A stretch of 64,000 bases of DNA from the NCBI RefSeq assembly GCF_006345805.1, contig NC_043002.1, forward strand, positions 68,634,001-68,698,000, written 5' to 3'. The DNA comes from Octopus sinensis (Eukaryota). The position numbers were made by a program, and so were the translations under genes. The notes under the pieces are model-generated. The model ran no database searches and was not told the DNA's origin. It was given only the letters and a program-made list of their open reading frames with translations. Of the stretch, positions 13,300-26,813 are shown in pieces (within the stretch, counting starts at the first letter, position 1; every line of letters begins with the position of its first letter).

Positions 13300-13730
13300 A
13301 TGTTGTTTGTTGTGTGTGTGTGTGTGTGCGTGCTCACATTTGTGTGCATGCTGTTGAGTGTATGTGTTTATGTGCATGTGTGTGTTTGTGTGCATGCATT
13401 GAGAGAGAGAGAGTGTGTGTGTGTGTGTGTGTGTATGTGTGTGCGTGCATGTGTTTGTGTGCATGCATTGAGTGTGCGTGTGTGCACATGTATGTACAGG
13501 CAGATATGCTTTGTGGATACATGTGTATATCTGCGTAGACACGTGTATGCGTGTGAGTACATGTGTACGTATGAGACAGGCTTCTGCACAGACTTTATCT
13601 CGCCAAATTCTATTCACAAAGTATTGGTTAATATAGACATCAAACATAAAAATGTAAGTGAGGGTACATGTATGTGTAAGTGTGTGAGTGTGTGTGAAAG
13701 AGATATAAATGTGTGTGTGAAAGAGAATAT
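13300..13730. repeat. Degenerate (TG)n/(TGCA) low-complexity tract
   Basis: Continuous tg/tgca repeats; source of the spurious VC/TH-rich ORFs. Confidence 0.9.
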
Positions 13731-14141
13731 AAATGTCAGCTACAATAATGAAGAAGGTTTATATCTAAAATAAATGCTCACAATTATAATATCTAGAATT
13801 AAATTAAGAGGCTACAAAAACAGTGAAATAGTTTCACATTAACCCAATCAAATTTTTCCAAACGATAATTATTCAACTGAAGACAAGGACTCACTCACAC
13901 CACTACTCTACCTCCACCTCTTTCTCTTTCCTTCAGCTTATTGCAACCACCCTCTTCTTCTCGCAGTCATGGTCTTACTGTCTCTTTTTCTCTGTCTAGC
14001 TTCCCCTCCCCCTCTCTCTTTTCTCACACTATCTTTCTGCTCCACCCATCCTCTCTTCAAAAAACAGTTTTCTGTTTTACTCCAGGTACAGACTAACTAT
14101 TTCAATGCCGTTGAGGCAATGAAATGTGAACTGCACTTTAC

Positions 14142-14202
14142 AGATGAGACAAATATTTAGGAGTTGAATATACTCTATAGTATTCGTGCCATACTGTGAA
14201 CA
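14142..14202 (-). CDS. Candidate internal exon (FTVWHEYYRVYSTPKYLSH)
   Basis: Acceptor tttagcttatctaatttcAG; donor GTAAAG; 61 nt, open in phase 1. Confidence 0.2.
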
Positions 14203-14449
14203 CTGAAATTAGATAAGCTAAATGTTACAGCTATAAGCAAACATTGTTTTATGAAATAAATGTCGTATATTTTTATCACAGTACAGTACTCTTATTAGCA
14301 GTGATGAAAACGTGTGTTGGATGTTTAATGGACAGATATAGTGTAGTAGAGTAGAAGTGCACACACACACATGCACATACATACATAAATATTGTGTGTG
14401 TGTGTGTATATATGCATGTGTATGTACATTCTGTATGTATATGTATATA

Positions 14450-15132
14450 CAGGGTGTGATGGATAAATTGTCGCCGTTTTATATTTTTTAATTTCGTGCA
14501 TATGCATTATTTGTTTTTGATTTTGTCAACTACACAGTATAGTAGGGTCAGTTGGGCACTATCTGTGAGAAAAAAACAGCACTGCTAGAAATCTGGAAAT
14601 GACATGCTGTACTGCTTGACATTCATGCTGGAAGCTCCAATGCGAACATTTCAGGGTGTTTGGATGTCAATCTGAGGACATGTACCAAGAGTGATAAAAA
14701 TCAAACATCCAGTCAGCATCATGCTGTATGGAATGATCACTAGTGATGGTAATGTTGTACCAACATTCATCTTCCCACACAACCTCAAACTCGACACAGA
14801 GGCCTACATCAAGTGCATGGAAGAGGTAATGCTGTTCTGGATCGAGAGGGTGGCTGCTGGAAGACCCTATGTATAGTAACAGGACTCTGCATCATGCCAC
14901 ACAAGCAGCAGAACCCCTAACATCTGGTCACCTAACTCCCCAGACTGCAATCCCCTTGATTATTATGTGTAGGGCACAGTTTAGTGAGAGATAAGCAAAA
15001 CTCCTTGTAACACCAAAGATCAATTGAAGGCCAGGATTATGGCAGCAGTCACCAACTTAAACAAGGAGGCCATTCAGAAGAGTTGCAGGAGATTTTGCGT
15101 AATTTAGATATCAGTTTATTCACCGCACTCTG
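14450..15132 (+). mobile_element. Internally deleted Tc1/mariner (maT/DD37D-like) DNA transposon
   Basis: TA|cagggtgtgatggataaattg ... cagtttattcaccgcactctg|TA imperfect TIRs; transposase remnant KHPVSIMLYGMITSDG...QDSA...WSPNSPDCNPLDYYV. Confidence 0.85.
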
Positions 15133-15327
15133 TATATATATATGTGTGTGTGTATAAGAGGAAAAAAGGGATTAAAACAAATATGTATATATATGTGTGT
15201 GTGTGCATATGCATGCGTGTGTATGCACACACACACATTTATAATACATGTGTGTATGTATCTACCTATATTTATATCTATCTATCTATCTTGCTAGCTA
15301 GCCAGATATCTATCAATATATACATCC

Positions 15328-15358
<31 letters not shown>

Positions 15359-15479
15359 TGTGTATGTATCCTGATGCATTGTATATACATTGTGGCTGGT
15401 GACTCACTGACCACATGTGGTGCTCCTTTCCTTTAAATTTTTAAGTAACAGTGCCTTTCTGTTTTGGGTTATCATGGTA

Positions 15480-15930
15480 ATAAAATCATATAATAGAATG
15501 ACAAAATCTAGGTTCCACTTCTCCGACATTGATGGCACTTCAAGGAAGCATGCTATTTCATGGGCAACTGGAGTACCAAACTTCCTGCTTGCACTACATA
15601 TTGGTGTAGAATATTCAAGATCACTCACAGAGACAGAATCACAAACTCTGAAGTTCTGAGAAGAACCAATCTGCACTGCCTGCAGGAGTTTGTGGTGGAA
15701 AGAAGAGTGAGAGTCAAATAGATATACTTTCTGACTGCCAGAACAAATACCCAAGAGTGATTTACAATGGATACCAACAGAGGGGAGAAAAGAAGAGATG
15801 GATAGCCTGAAAGACATAGTGTACCACCTTCAATGCAGCTCTGAAGTGACATTGCATCACATTGGAAGATATTGGAGGCTATCTTCAAAACTGGGTTTAT
15901 TGCAGACGTTTTGTTGCCCAATGTACAGGC
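15480..15930 (+). mobile_element. RTE-clade LINE RT C-terminal remnant
   Basis: Plus-strand frame reads CRIFKITHRDRITNSEVLRRT...VERR, typical of the RTE post-RT region; multiple stops. Confidence 0.6.
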
Positions 15931-16293
15931 TGATGTATGGAAGGCTCAAAGACTAAGACTAAAACACTGTATCTTCTGTGTGCCTTTTTAGTAGTTTATA
16001 GCTCCAGCTATGTGTGACACCCTGACAGCCTGACCACATGCAATAGAAAGTCTGCTGTACAGTTGTGATGCTTAGAAATGTCAGTCTGTGCTTGAAAATA
16101 AATAATTATATAAATAAATGGGGCACGAAAAGTACATCAGATTTATGGTGGCAGATATTCATGTGACACAAGTACCAATAAATAAAGTCATTAAAATACC
16201 ATCAAGCAAAAAGAAAAAAAGAAAAACAATATAGCCAGTAACTACTGAGCAACAGACAGACAGATGGACATATGAACACACAAAAACACACAC

Positions 16294-16337
<44 letters not shown>

Positions 16338-16379
16338 CTGGTCGCATGTTGGTTCTGAACAGTTTCCAGGATATTGACA

Positions 16380-17720
16380 TGCTTAGCAAGATAGCAGTTT
16401 CAGACTGTTGATGCAAATATTAAGAGTACTATTGACATATACAGTTTTAAATAGATAGCAGGAGAGCAGCTGACAAAGGTCTTACTGATTGATGCTAAGA
16501 CACCCTCAGCCTTCTTGACAATCTTGGAAATGCGGTTCGTCCAGTGCAAATTGTGGTTGACAAAAATGTCCAGGTCTCATTCACTAACAAACTTTCTTAA
16601 GATTGGTGTTGTAGAGGGAGTATGTAAAAGTTGGGGGTTTCCTCCCAAAATGCATGGTAATGCACTTGCTCACAGCTAGCTTAAGTTGCCATTCAGTAAT
16701 CCATTGCTTCATCGTGTCCAAGTCTGATTGCAAGAAAGGTCTATAGCATATAGGATCTATTCTTTTAATCTCAAGGTACAACTTCGTGTTATCTTCATAT
16801 TTGAACACTGTAACACTCTTCAAGTTGGCATCTATGTCATTAATGTATGCAACAAACAACAGGGATCCAAGAATGGATCCCTATGGTACACCAGATGTCA
16901 TCTCAAAGGGTGAAGTATGATGTCCTAGAACTGTGACTACCGCTTTTCAACCAATTATAGAGATCATTTTTCACACCTGTTGCAGAGTTTTGCCATGAGC
17001 CATTTGCATGGCACAGAATTGAAGGCTTTAGCAAAGTCAAAGTAGATAACATTCACCCATAAACTGCCATCAGTGATTTGGGTGATCTTTTCAAGAAACT
17101 CAGTTAGTTATCTACAGCAGCTGGAGTTAGGGATAAGTCCAAATTGTTTGGTGGCTGGCAGACAACTCCAAGTAACAGTGTTGACGTGTTTATGCGTATA
17201 TCACAAAAGAATACCTCTTGTGATTGGTTCAAATCATCACAAGGAATTGCTGAAAAGTTTGATCAAAAGTAAACCACCATGTGAAACAAGATGTAACCAT
17301 GCTAAAAACAACATCACAGAGTAAGGAGTGTGCCCATGTTTCTGTGACTGATGAAATCAGGGTCAAAACTTTTGATGTAAGAGTTAAAAAAATGATTCTT
17401 GTTGCATAAATTTCAGGCATTTAAGGACAGTAATTTGCTTTGGGATTTAAGCCAATAGTGATGATACATAGGGGATGGTGAATTGTTCTTGTTTAGGTTC
17501 CCGGAGCTTTTTCATTCTTGCCTATTGTGGGGACACTATCCACAGGCCAGCTCGTATATATTTTCCATGTCTCACCAGACTTAACAAATTTCCATATTTG
17601 TCTGTCGTTGCATAGGCTAAAACTCTCATTTGGTGCTGAGTCACTGTTCAAGGAAGCCACAGCACCTAGCTTTGGATGTACATCAGGTGGTAAATTGGGA
17701 CATGTTTGAAAGATAATTCA
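16380..17720 (-). mobile_element. CR1-clade LINE reverse transcriptase pseudogene
   Basis: YFDFAKAF, GVP*GSILGSLLFVAYINDI and KYEDNTKLY (YADD-equivalent) motifs; ORF 16584-16859; frameshifts and stops. Confidence 0.85.
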
Positions 17721-17868
17721 ATTTTCCTGCCTTGCCTTTTCAGAGGCTAAATAGTGTGCATGTATCTCAGTAGGGCTTGAAAATTAGTCTGGTCTGGGAC
17801 CTGGGCAACCAAGAGAGAGAACATCTATTGGAGGAATGCAGAAAAAAAACCAGATGATGATGATCTTA

Positions 17869-17906
<38 letters not shown>

Positions 17907-17937
17907 AATAAATGTATATATACTACATATGTGGAAA

Positions 17938-20345
17938 ATTAGTGAGCGTTTGTTTGTGGCGTTGTTAGCTAACTCTTCCTACATCGTTTTATTGATTTTG
18001 ATGAAAATTGACACGTGAGTAGAACTCATGTCTAGAAACCTCATGACATACTTAGATTGTGGATAATACGGCCCCTGGAAGGGATCTTTATATCTCTCAC
18101 ATATAACTATTTTTTTTCTAAACATCCAAAGGAAATAACCCATAGCACCTACACAATATTTTTTTAAACATTCAAGGGAAATAACCCATAGCTTCTGCAC
18201 TTACGGTTGTTAGTTTTTAGTGAAACGATCAATATTTGATTTTCCCAATCAGCAGACCTAATTCTGCATTTTATTATTCAGAGTTTTGAGCAGCTAAACC
18301 TTGTTATTGCACTTTTTTGATGCATGTACACTTTCAATGCCCATAACTCTGGCAATTCTTCATTTTTCCAGTTAAAATTTTTCAATGACAGTACATAAAT
18401 TTTTCATTCCAGAATGTATTTAATAAGTGTGTCCCAATACAATGAACTCATACTTTGAATGCTTAGAGTTCTTAAAAAATGAAACCAAACTTCCACACCA
18501 CATTCAGTTGAGACACCCTGTATCACTTTTACTTATTTTACAAATCATATTTATTGCTTATTTACAGTTCATACAATATATTCATGAAACTAACTGAACC
18601 ATTGAATTTAGAAATATTTTACAGGTTTCATTGTTTATGTTTGATTACTTTGAATATTTATTTTTGGTGTGTCCAATTTCTAATTTTTGCAGACAATATT
18701 ACTTTTATACTTTATTTGACAAGTGAGTAGAACTCATGTCTGGAAACCTCATGACATACTTAGATTGTTGAAAGAAATTGATTATAGGGCCCCTCCAATG
18801 GATCCTTCTATCTACTACATATTACTAATATTTTATTTAAACTACCCGAGGGAAAATACCCATACCACCTGCAGTTTTTAGTGAAGTGATCAATATTTGA
18901 TTATCACAATCTAATTCTACATTTCACTACTCAGTTTTGAACTGCTAAACATTATTATTGCACTTCCTTGATTTGAATCTTAAACCTTAAAGATTTCATT
19001 CATACATTTCTATACGTACATACTTTTTTGAAGACCCATTACTCCGATAATTCTGCATTTTTACAGTTACACTTTTTCCATAACAGTTACTGAGAGTGAC
19101 CATCAGTGTGTATGAATGTTATTATTGCACTTTCTTCATTTTATTCTTAAACATTAATCACTTCATTCATATATTTATATACATATATACTACATTTATA
19201 TATTACCTTTAATAAATTAGCCTTCATAAGTTCATCTTTAAAATGCCACGATGAGTCAGAGTACTTTCTCACCAACCTCCAAAAACCTCTCTCGCCAATC
19301 TCCAACAATCTCTCCCTCCTCCAGCTGATAATTTTTGGTACTTTTTTGTGACAGAAAGTACACCTTTTGTGACAGTTATAACAAAATTACTTTCTTATAT
19401 CAGAGTAATAAAGCATTTCAATAGAAAATTTAAACCAAATTTTCTCAAAACAACTTGTCTGACCGTCCTATAAGCCTACCCTTTGAGAAACACTGATTTA
19501 ACCTAAATTTGAGACACCAGCAAAAGAAGAAATAAAGACAGACTTTTTTTTCTATTCCAAAGAAAAATGATTTTATTCTCACAAATATGCAACCGAAGAG
19601 TCTAAAGTACCAGTAATGATAAGGCTGTTGACTGGGAGAACACAAACTTGGTTTAAACAGTAAGATTGGCAGGAAAGAAATATGCCTTTAAGCAGTACAA
19701 AAACAACAAAAAATGGAAGGTGCAGTTATGTACAGGTTGACGGAAGTAAAGCAGGACAAAAACGATGCATGCAAATGGGTTAGCTGGAGGTAAACATGAT
19801 GAATTTATGAGAATGTACCTGGGACAATAATAAGTTTATCCGATAAAACATGTAGGAAATCAACTTGCGGTGATTTTTGATGAAAAGCAACAACCTAAGG
19901 AACTAAGTAACTACTTTTAAGCTAACTTACTTTACGGGATGTTCAAAGGCATGGAAAAGCTAGTGGAGTGCAGCCTTGGAAACCACATTCCTTGTTACTC
20001 CATCTGGAGCGTAGTAGAAAAGGTTTGTCGAACAGCCCACATACAGTTGTCCGTGTGAAAAGCAGGGAGTGCTGAGGTCCAACCCCACGACTTTCAATGA
20101 CTGCCCCTGTGCTTTGTTGATCGTCATCGCGAAGCTCAGGCGAATAGGGAATTGAATGCATTTCATCGGGTAAACACAGTCTGACGGAATCAATGGCATG
20201 CAGGAAATAAAAACATCTCCTGCTCCTTGACCCATGACAACTTTTGCCTCAAGAACATCATCCGCAAATACATCCAGCTGATGTACTTGCGCGTACAAAA
20301 GCATGTTCCCACAGTTTTATCGATTGCATTCTCACCTGGAATCGA
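17938..20345 (-). mobile_element. 5'-truncated Helitron with PIF1-helicase C-terminus and long 3' region
   Basis: Helicase remnant at the right end; degenerate 3' end (acaacgcc...ctaat) near 17938, so the left boundary is uncertain. Confidence 0.6.
19960..20304 (-). pseudogene. Helitron Rep-Hel PIF1 helicase C-terminal fragment
   Basis: QFPIRLSFAMTINKAQGQSLKVVGLDLSTPCFSHGQLYVGCS...TRNVV (PIF1 motifs V/VI). Confidence 0.9.
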
Positions 20346-20386
20346 TTTTTGTAATTTTTTCAAGATTTATACACAGATTTTATATA

Positions 20387-20417
<31 letters not shown>

Positions 20418-20734
20418 AGCCATCTGGTTCGCCAGTCCTCAGTCGAATCTTCCAACCCATGCTAGCATGGAAAGCAGACGTTAAATGATGATGATGATGA
20501 TATGTTAGCATGGTACACGGACGTTAAATGATGATGATATATATCATAAGAGATTGTAGAGATTCTGACTTTGACAGCTAAATGTAGAGGGACTGTGGGG
20601 TGATGCTGTTATTTTTTTGTTATATTTGTAGTGATAGGATCTTGGTGCAAAGGAAGATTATTTTGCATTATTTTTCAGAGTGATAAGGTCTTGGTGCTTG
20701 ATAGAATGATTTAGTTTAGCGTTATCATTACCTG

Positions 20735-21080
20735 CGCCACCTTACTGGCACTTGTGCTGGTGACACATGAAAAAGCATTCGAGCGAGGTCATTGTCAGTG
20801 CTGCGGGACTGGCTCCTGTGCAGGTGGCACATAAAAAGCACCATTTGAGCATGGTCGCTGCCAGTACCGCCTGACTGGCCCTCGTGCCGGTGGCACGTAA
20901 AAGCACCCACTACGCTCTCGGAGTGGTTGGCGTTAGGAATAGCATCCAGCTGTAGAAACTCTGCCAGTTCAAGATTGGAGCCTGGTGCAGCCATCTGGTT
21001 CGCCAGTCCTTAGTCAAATCGTCCAACCCATGCTAGCATGGAAAACGGACGTTAAACAATAATGATGATGATGATGATGA
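20735..21080 (+). mobile_element. RTE-tail element with internal ~55-bp subrepeats
   Basis: gtgccggtggcacgtaaaagcaccc...ggagtggttggcgttagg...gatgatgatg. Confidence 0.8.
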
Positions 21081-22074
21081 TTGTTGTATTAAGGTTTTGG
21101 CGTAAGACTAGTTTGTGTGATATGTATGAAGAGTAGATCTTGGTGTAAGATTGTTTTTTGTGATGTGTACAATGAAAAGGTCTGTTTTCTGTGATGTATG
21201 TACTGATAGGGACTTGGTGAAGTTTGTGGAAATCAAGTAGTCATATCCACATTGAAGGATGTTTGTCAGATTTCAATCTCTGGAAGTAGGGGCATGTTTG
21301 GCAGGGGATACTTTGACAGTCTATAGATGAGAACCACATGTGTAAACTTGAAGGTGATATTTTCTATGTAGGAGTATGCAGTCAATAGTAAAAACAAGTA
21401 GGTGTGTGTCTCTCTCTCTCTCTATATATATATATATGCATGGGTGTGTGTATTTCTATATGTGCATGCATATATGCAACATTTATAGATTACAATTAAC
21501 AAATGACATTTTAGAATCCTCATTCCTTTCAGTAATTGGTACTAAGCAAATTAGGTCCCCACTCATTATTAGAATATGATATTGTCAAAATAGCTCTTGT
21601 TTATTCATTTATTTAATCTCATGGAATACTGAATTCATATCCAAACAATAAACTCATTTGTTATATTGGAAGTTAGATATACACACAAGATTACTACTAT
21701 TTGTTGGTTGGTTGTTATTTGTAAAGTACTTCTAACTTTTTTTGTTTTCATCTGCTTTCTGTCTGTTCCATATTTAAGATTACACAAGTCATTTTGAGGA
21801 AATCTCTGATACCTAAACGAGTCATTCAGTGTATCTAGTATGAAAAACTATGGGTGAGCATGCAAGATTTTCAGGATGAAATCAAAATTTTTTTAATTGG
21901 AAATATCTAGGTGTGGCTGTCTAGTTATGTAGCTCACTTTACAATCATATGGTTTTGGGGTTCAATCCCACTGCATAGTACCTTGGGCAAGTGTCTTCTA
22001 TTATAACTCGAAGCCAACCAAAGACTTGTAAGTGAATTTGGTAGACAGAAAGTGTGGAATCCCATTGTATGTAT

Positions 22075-22466
22075 CATCATTATCATTGTTTAATGTCTTC
22101 CTTTCATGCTGGCATGGGTTGGATTGTTTGACAGGAGCCAACCGGATAGAAGACTACATCAGGTTATTGTGTCTGTTTTGGTATGATTTTTATGACTGGA
22201 TGCCCTTTCTAATACCAACCACCCTGCAGAGTGGACAGAGTGCTTTTTGCATGGCACCAGCACAGGCAAGTTCAGTTTTGGCACGGTTTTTACAGCTGGA
22301 TGCCCTTACAAATGCCAACCATTTCACAGTGTGGATTTGATGCTCTTTTTACATGGCACCAGCACTGGCAGGGTCACCAAGTAACTTTGCAAGACAAGGA
22401 ATCTTTGAGAGGGGAAGGGGCATTGGAGGAGGTGATCTTGTATGAGAAGATAAAAGGTTAGAGAGT

Positions 22467-22508
<42 letters not shown>

Positions 22509-23085
22509 GGTGTCTTTCAATAGAGGAGGTACATGGTTACCCTACCAAAGAGAGAAGGGGAGGAGGGAGAGGGAGAGAGAGAGGTAATCAGGAAGAGGAC
22601 AGAAACTGGTGTGCTGCTGTAAAGGAGATACATGATTATTCAGACAGAGTGAAGAGCAAGGGAAAGAGAGGGAGAGATAGTAAGAGTGCAAGAGAGAGTT
22701 GATGGTGAAGTGTCAGGATATATTCACAAGGAATGGGGTTCAGAGCATAGATGTGATTATAGATGTTGCACATCCGGTGGAACATACTACCTTCATTCCT
22801 CTCTAGTCTACACATGTCCTCTGCAGTTAGAGCCCATGTCTAACTACCATGGAGTATAGCTGTTCATACACAATACATTAAAATCTACCTTTCACTTTGA
22901 GAGATGGACCTTTTGTTGACAACAGAGGTAGTAGTTCTCTGAACTTCCTCCATCCTATTCTTATTCCAGAAATAACACTTTCTGAGTATCCACCGCCATT
23001 ACTAATTTGGTCATATAAGTAGCAGTAACTATCAAATATCTCAAAAGAGCATCCTGGGCATTTGAGAGAGTCTAAGTCCGGCATG
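22075..23085 (-). mobile_element. RTE LINE 3' fragment
   Basis: DQISNGGGYSESV..IRIGWRKFRELLPLLSTKGPSLKVKGR, purine-rich 3'UTR, conserved tail. Confidence 0.8.
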
Positions 23086-23281
23086 CTCTAAACAACATAA
23101 TTCAATCACCACAAACAATAAAAACTTCACACAAGGGAGAGAAATATGATTTGGTTCAATCCATCATTCAGTGAAATTAAATTCAAACACAAAAAAAAAT
23201 TAAATTATTTAACAGGAATGAAATAAGAGCCAATTGGAAAATAATTTTGTTGCATAATCATGGGATTATTCAAAACAATAC

Positions 23282-23357
23282 AAATCAAAGAGAAGGCAAC
23301 TGTAATTTCCAAAACACTGAGAAGTGCCCTTGGAAAACTGATGCATGTATCAAGCCG
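23282..23357 (-). CDS. Candidate internal exon (RLDTCISFPRALLSVLEITVAFSLI)
   Basis: One of several adjacent AGs after a pyrimidine tract; weak donor GTATTG; chosen partly for frame compatibility. Confidence 0.12.
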
Positions 23358-23539
23358 CTAAAACTGAAACTGCATGAAAGAAAACTACAGATCAGCAATT
23401 AACTCATTTCAGAAGCAGAATATACTTCTTTTACACACTATCACAAAGCAAGCACTACATCATTCTTAAAGCACAGTTGGAAAGAGAAAGACTAGTGCAA
23501 GTGAATCACCCATCGTCGTCGTTGTTGCCGCCACCGCCT

Positions 23540-24560
23540 TCTTCTTCATTAAATGTCTGTTTTCCATGCAGGCATGAAAAGGATGTTTTGACAGGAACAG
23601 GCAAGTCAGAAGTTTACACTGAGCTCTGCTGTCTGTTTTGGTATGGTTTCTATGGTTAGATGCCCTTCCTAATGCCAACCACTTTACAGAGTACTTAGGT
23701 GCTTTTTAAGTGGCCTCATCATCAGTGAAATCACCAAGTAACTTGCAGAACAAGATCATCCTCAACTGGGAAGAGTAGTGTTGAGGGACAGAAAAGTGTC
23801 TTGCATTAGAAGATGGAGCAGAGAGAGAAGAGAGAAAGATGGTGAAGATGTGACAGAGAGCGAGTAGGGGCCATACACCTAACTTAAAGGGTGATATATT
23901 TAGTGAAATAAAGTGGGGATTGGAGAGGTTTGGTAGGTGGCTGACTTCACAAGATTTTGAAAGGAGAGTGGGAGCTAGAGGTAGGGAAATGGAAGGGGTT
24001 TGATAGGGGTATATTGTGTGCAGATAGGTAGGTGAGCACATGAGGGAGAATAGAGGGAAGTGAGAGGAAACAGCAGTGGAGAGCACAGGTTGGTTGTGGG
24101 AGAGGGAAGGGATCATAGATATGGATTGTTTTTTGCTGGGCAGGTTTTCTCAAGCACGGCAATATTGTCAGTTGTCTTGATCATTTGTTATCTCCTCTCT
24201 GAGGCTCAACATCTGAACTTTGTTTCTGACCACTTCCTCCCAAATCATCCTGGGTCTTCCTCTTCCACAGTTTCCCTCTGCATTTAGACATCAGCATTTC
24301 TTTATGCAACTGTTCTCATCCATACACAACACATAACTATACAAGCACAGTCTTCTCTCTTACACATTACAACTAATGCCTCTCATACTCAATTTCTCTG
24401 TCAATACATTTACACATTGCTGTAGATGCACACTGGCATTGCACATACAGTAGAGCATGCTGGCTACATTTCTTTCAAGCCTTTGCATGTCACAGCTTAT
24501 ATTTTGCTCATATGTATCTGTCCATACACAGGTATCATACAGTGTACAATACAAATAAAT
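23540..24560 (-). mobile_element. RTE LINE 3' fragment
   Basis: LYDTCV...DMQRLERNVASMLYCMCNASVH...LTEKL plus the conserved RTE tail. Confidence 0.8.
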
Positions 24561-24949
24561 AACCTGCTGGATTTAGTAAATGTGAGTATTATATTATCTA
24601 TAATACCCACACAGTTTATTCACACCATGGTCTTCACATAAAAAGATGTTTACCGTACAAATTCATGAATGATTGGGCCTTCATTTTAAATTGAAAAAAC
24701 TATTGGTATATAAGTGTTGGACTGTGAATAGTTTGCTTGCACCATTTAAAGAACACTATCATGAAACACAGGTTTAGAAATTGTGGTAAGAATATATTAT
24801 CCAAAAGACCCTCACCATTCCTCCTCTGCATGTTATCATCTCATATAACGTTGTTGCTTGCCTGTGATATGGAGTCAGATGATTGACCATCTGATACAAG
24901 GATGTGGTGTCTGTATCTTGTTGCCCATAGTCATTCATTCATTTTAGTG

Positions 24950-25190
24950 GCATGTAAAAAGCACCATCCGATCGTGGCCGTTTGCCAGCCTCGTCTGGCA
25001 CCTGTGCCGGTGGCACGTAAAAAGCACCCACTACACTCATGGAGTGGTTGGCGTTAGGAAGGGCATCCAGCCGTAGAAACATTGCCAGATCAGACTGGAG
25101 CCTGGTGCAGCCTTCTGGCTTCCCAGACCCTAGTTGCACTGTCCAGCTCATGCCAGCATGGAAAGCGGACGCTAAACGATGATGATGATG
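24950..25190 (+). mobile_element. RTE-tail element
   Basis: gtggcacgtaaaaagcacccactac...ggacgctaaacgatgatgatg. Confidence 0.8.
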
Positions 25191-25464
25191 ATTGCAATAC
25201 CCCTTACATATATGAACTGGTTTGTCTGCTACACAAACATTCTACATTACATAAAAAGAAATGTTAACAGCAGTAATTTTATGACCAGCACACAACTATT
25301 TTACAGAGGTGCAGTTTCCTCTCTGTGTTTCTTCTAGCATTAATACAATGGCCTCTATCTATTTGAACTAGTAGTTTGATTCCTCCTTTATCCATTTCTC
25401 CTTCTTGAGTAACTATTTCACCTCCTAGGGAACACACAAAATATTCACTATTATTTTATCTTAC

Positions 25465-25538
25465 CTCTAAGGCAGCACTCAAAATGTCTTTCACAATCTT
25501 TCTCCCCACAATTGTAACTCTAAAAAATTCCTGATTTT
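25465..25538 (-). CDS. Candidate internal exon (NQEFFRVTIVGRKIVKDILSAALE)
   Basis: Strong donor GAG|GTAAGA; acceptor position ambiguous. Confidence 0.22.
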
Positions 25539-25741
25539 CTTGCAATTATCAATCTGTAATTTAAATTGAACATCAACTTCATCAGTCTTCTCAGTCTAGG
25601 ACAGCCTGTTATGATATGTGTTGCCCCTTTTCTCTTAAATTTAAAATAAAAATTGCCGTGACTAAACACTTGCACCGTCAGGTTGTCAATAGGGACCATA
25701 AACAAGCTTACAGTTTTATGTACTGTATTATATTATATTAT

Positions 25742-26071
25742 GAAGGCGCATGGCTCAGTGGTTAGAGCGTCGAGCTTACGATCGTGAGGTTGTGAGCTCG
25801 AATCCCGGACCGGGCTGCGTGTTGTGTTCTTGAGCAAGGCACTTTATTTCACGTTGCTCCAGCTCACTCAGCTGTAGAAATGAGTTGCGACGTCACAGGT
25901 GCCAAGCTGTATCGACCTTTGTCTTTCCCTTGGATAACACTGGTGGCGTGGAGAGGGGAGGCTGGTATGCATGGGCGACTGCTGGTCTTCCTTGCCCGGA
26001 CTTGTGTCTAGGAGGGTAACTTTCTAGGTGCAATCCCATGGTCATTCATGACCGAAGGGGGTCTTTACCCT
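25742..26071 (+). mobile_element. Full-length, CpG-intact tRNA-derived SINE (family C)
   Basis: A-box tggctcagtgg, B-box-like gagctcgaatccc, body tgttcttgagcaaggcact; 11-bp TSD tattatattat at 25731-25741 and 26072-26082. Confidence 0.85.
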
Positions 26072-26127
26072 TATTATATTATTGATTGTTTCTATAGAGT
26101 TAGCGACAAAAAACCCCAACTCCTTAC

Positions 26128-26193
26128 GATATCTTCTAAATAGCTGTATCAATGATTGAAGTTCCCTGTTACTCCTTTTAATGACTGGGGTTG
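26128..26193 (-). CDS. Candidate 66-nt symmetric exon (TPVIKRSNRELQSLIQLFRRY)
   Basis: tattttcttctcAG acceptor and ATC|GTAAGG donor; length divisible by 3; only phase 1 is open. Confidence 0.35.
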
Positions 26194-26813
26194 CTGAGAA
26201 GAAAATAGCTATCTTACAGCTACATTTTAAAGTTTTCTTTACAGTAACAGAGTGGAAAACATTAATTTGTAGTAACATTTTGGTCAGAATTTACATGGTG
26301 CTAAATGAAAACTAATCCTTAATTATTTGTGCGGGAAAATAAATATTATTTAAAGGAAACACCAAAATTCCTGACACCAAAGAAATATCTTCAGATGGTT
26401 TTGGAGGTGAGGGTGGAATATGTATTTATAGTTTGCACTTGTGTAAGGGAAGTGAAGAGAAATAATACACTAAACCCAGATTTTCTCTCGAAATATTACC
26501 ATCTTCAAGTTATTTATAGAGTAAAAAGATATAAAAAGGAAATATTACGTTCTATATTATGTCTATGAACTCGACAAACATTTAAAAATGATTTTCACTT
26601 TTAATTTAATCTTCGAGACTTTTCGATTTACTATTTCATTCTAGCTTTTTTAAAATAAATTATCAACATTACTTTCTGGTTAAGGATTTTTCTAGTAAAA
26701 ATCTAATTGATAAATACTATTTTGATCTTATAAGGCGCTATTTAAAGTTTCATGGTATTTGTTGGTTGATACCTAATTGATATTGTCATTCGCACATTGG
26801 GTATTACACTGAC

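Noticed and set aside
25745-25820. tRNA gene
   Set aside because: A/B boxes are present, but the acceptor and anticodon stems do not pair and it continues into a SINE body with a TSD.
26042-26278. FFSATP...ELQSLI resembling SF2 helicase motif III
   Set aside because: The FFS part overlaps a splice-acceptor pyrimidine tract; no other helicase motifs.
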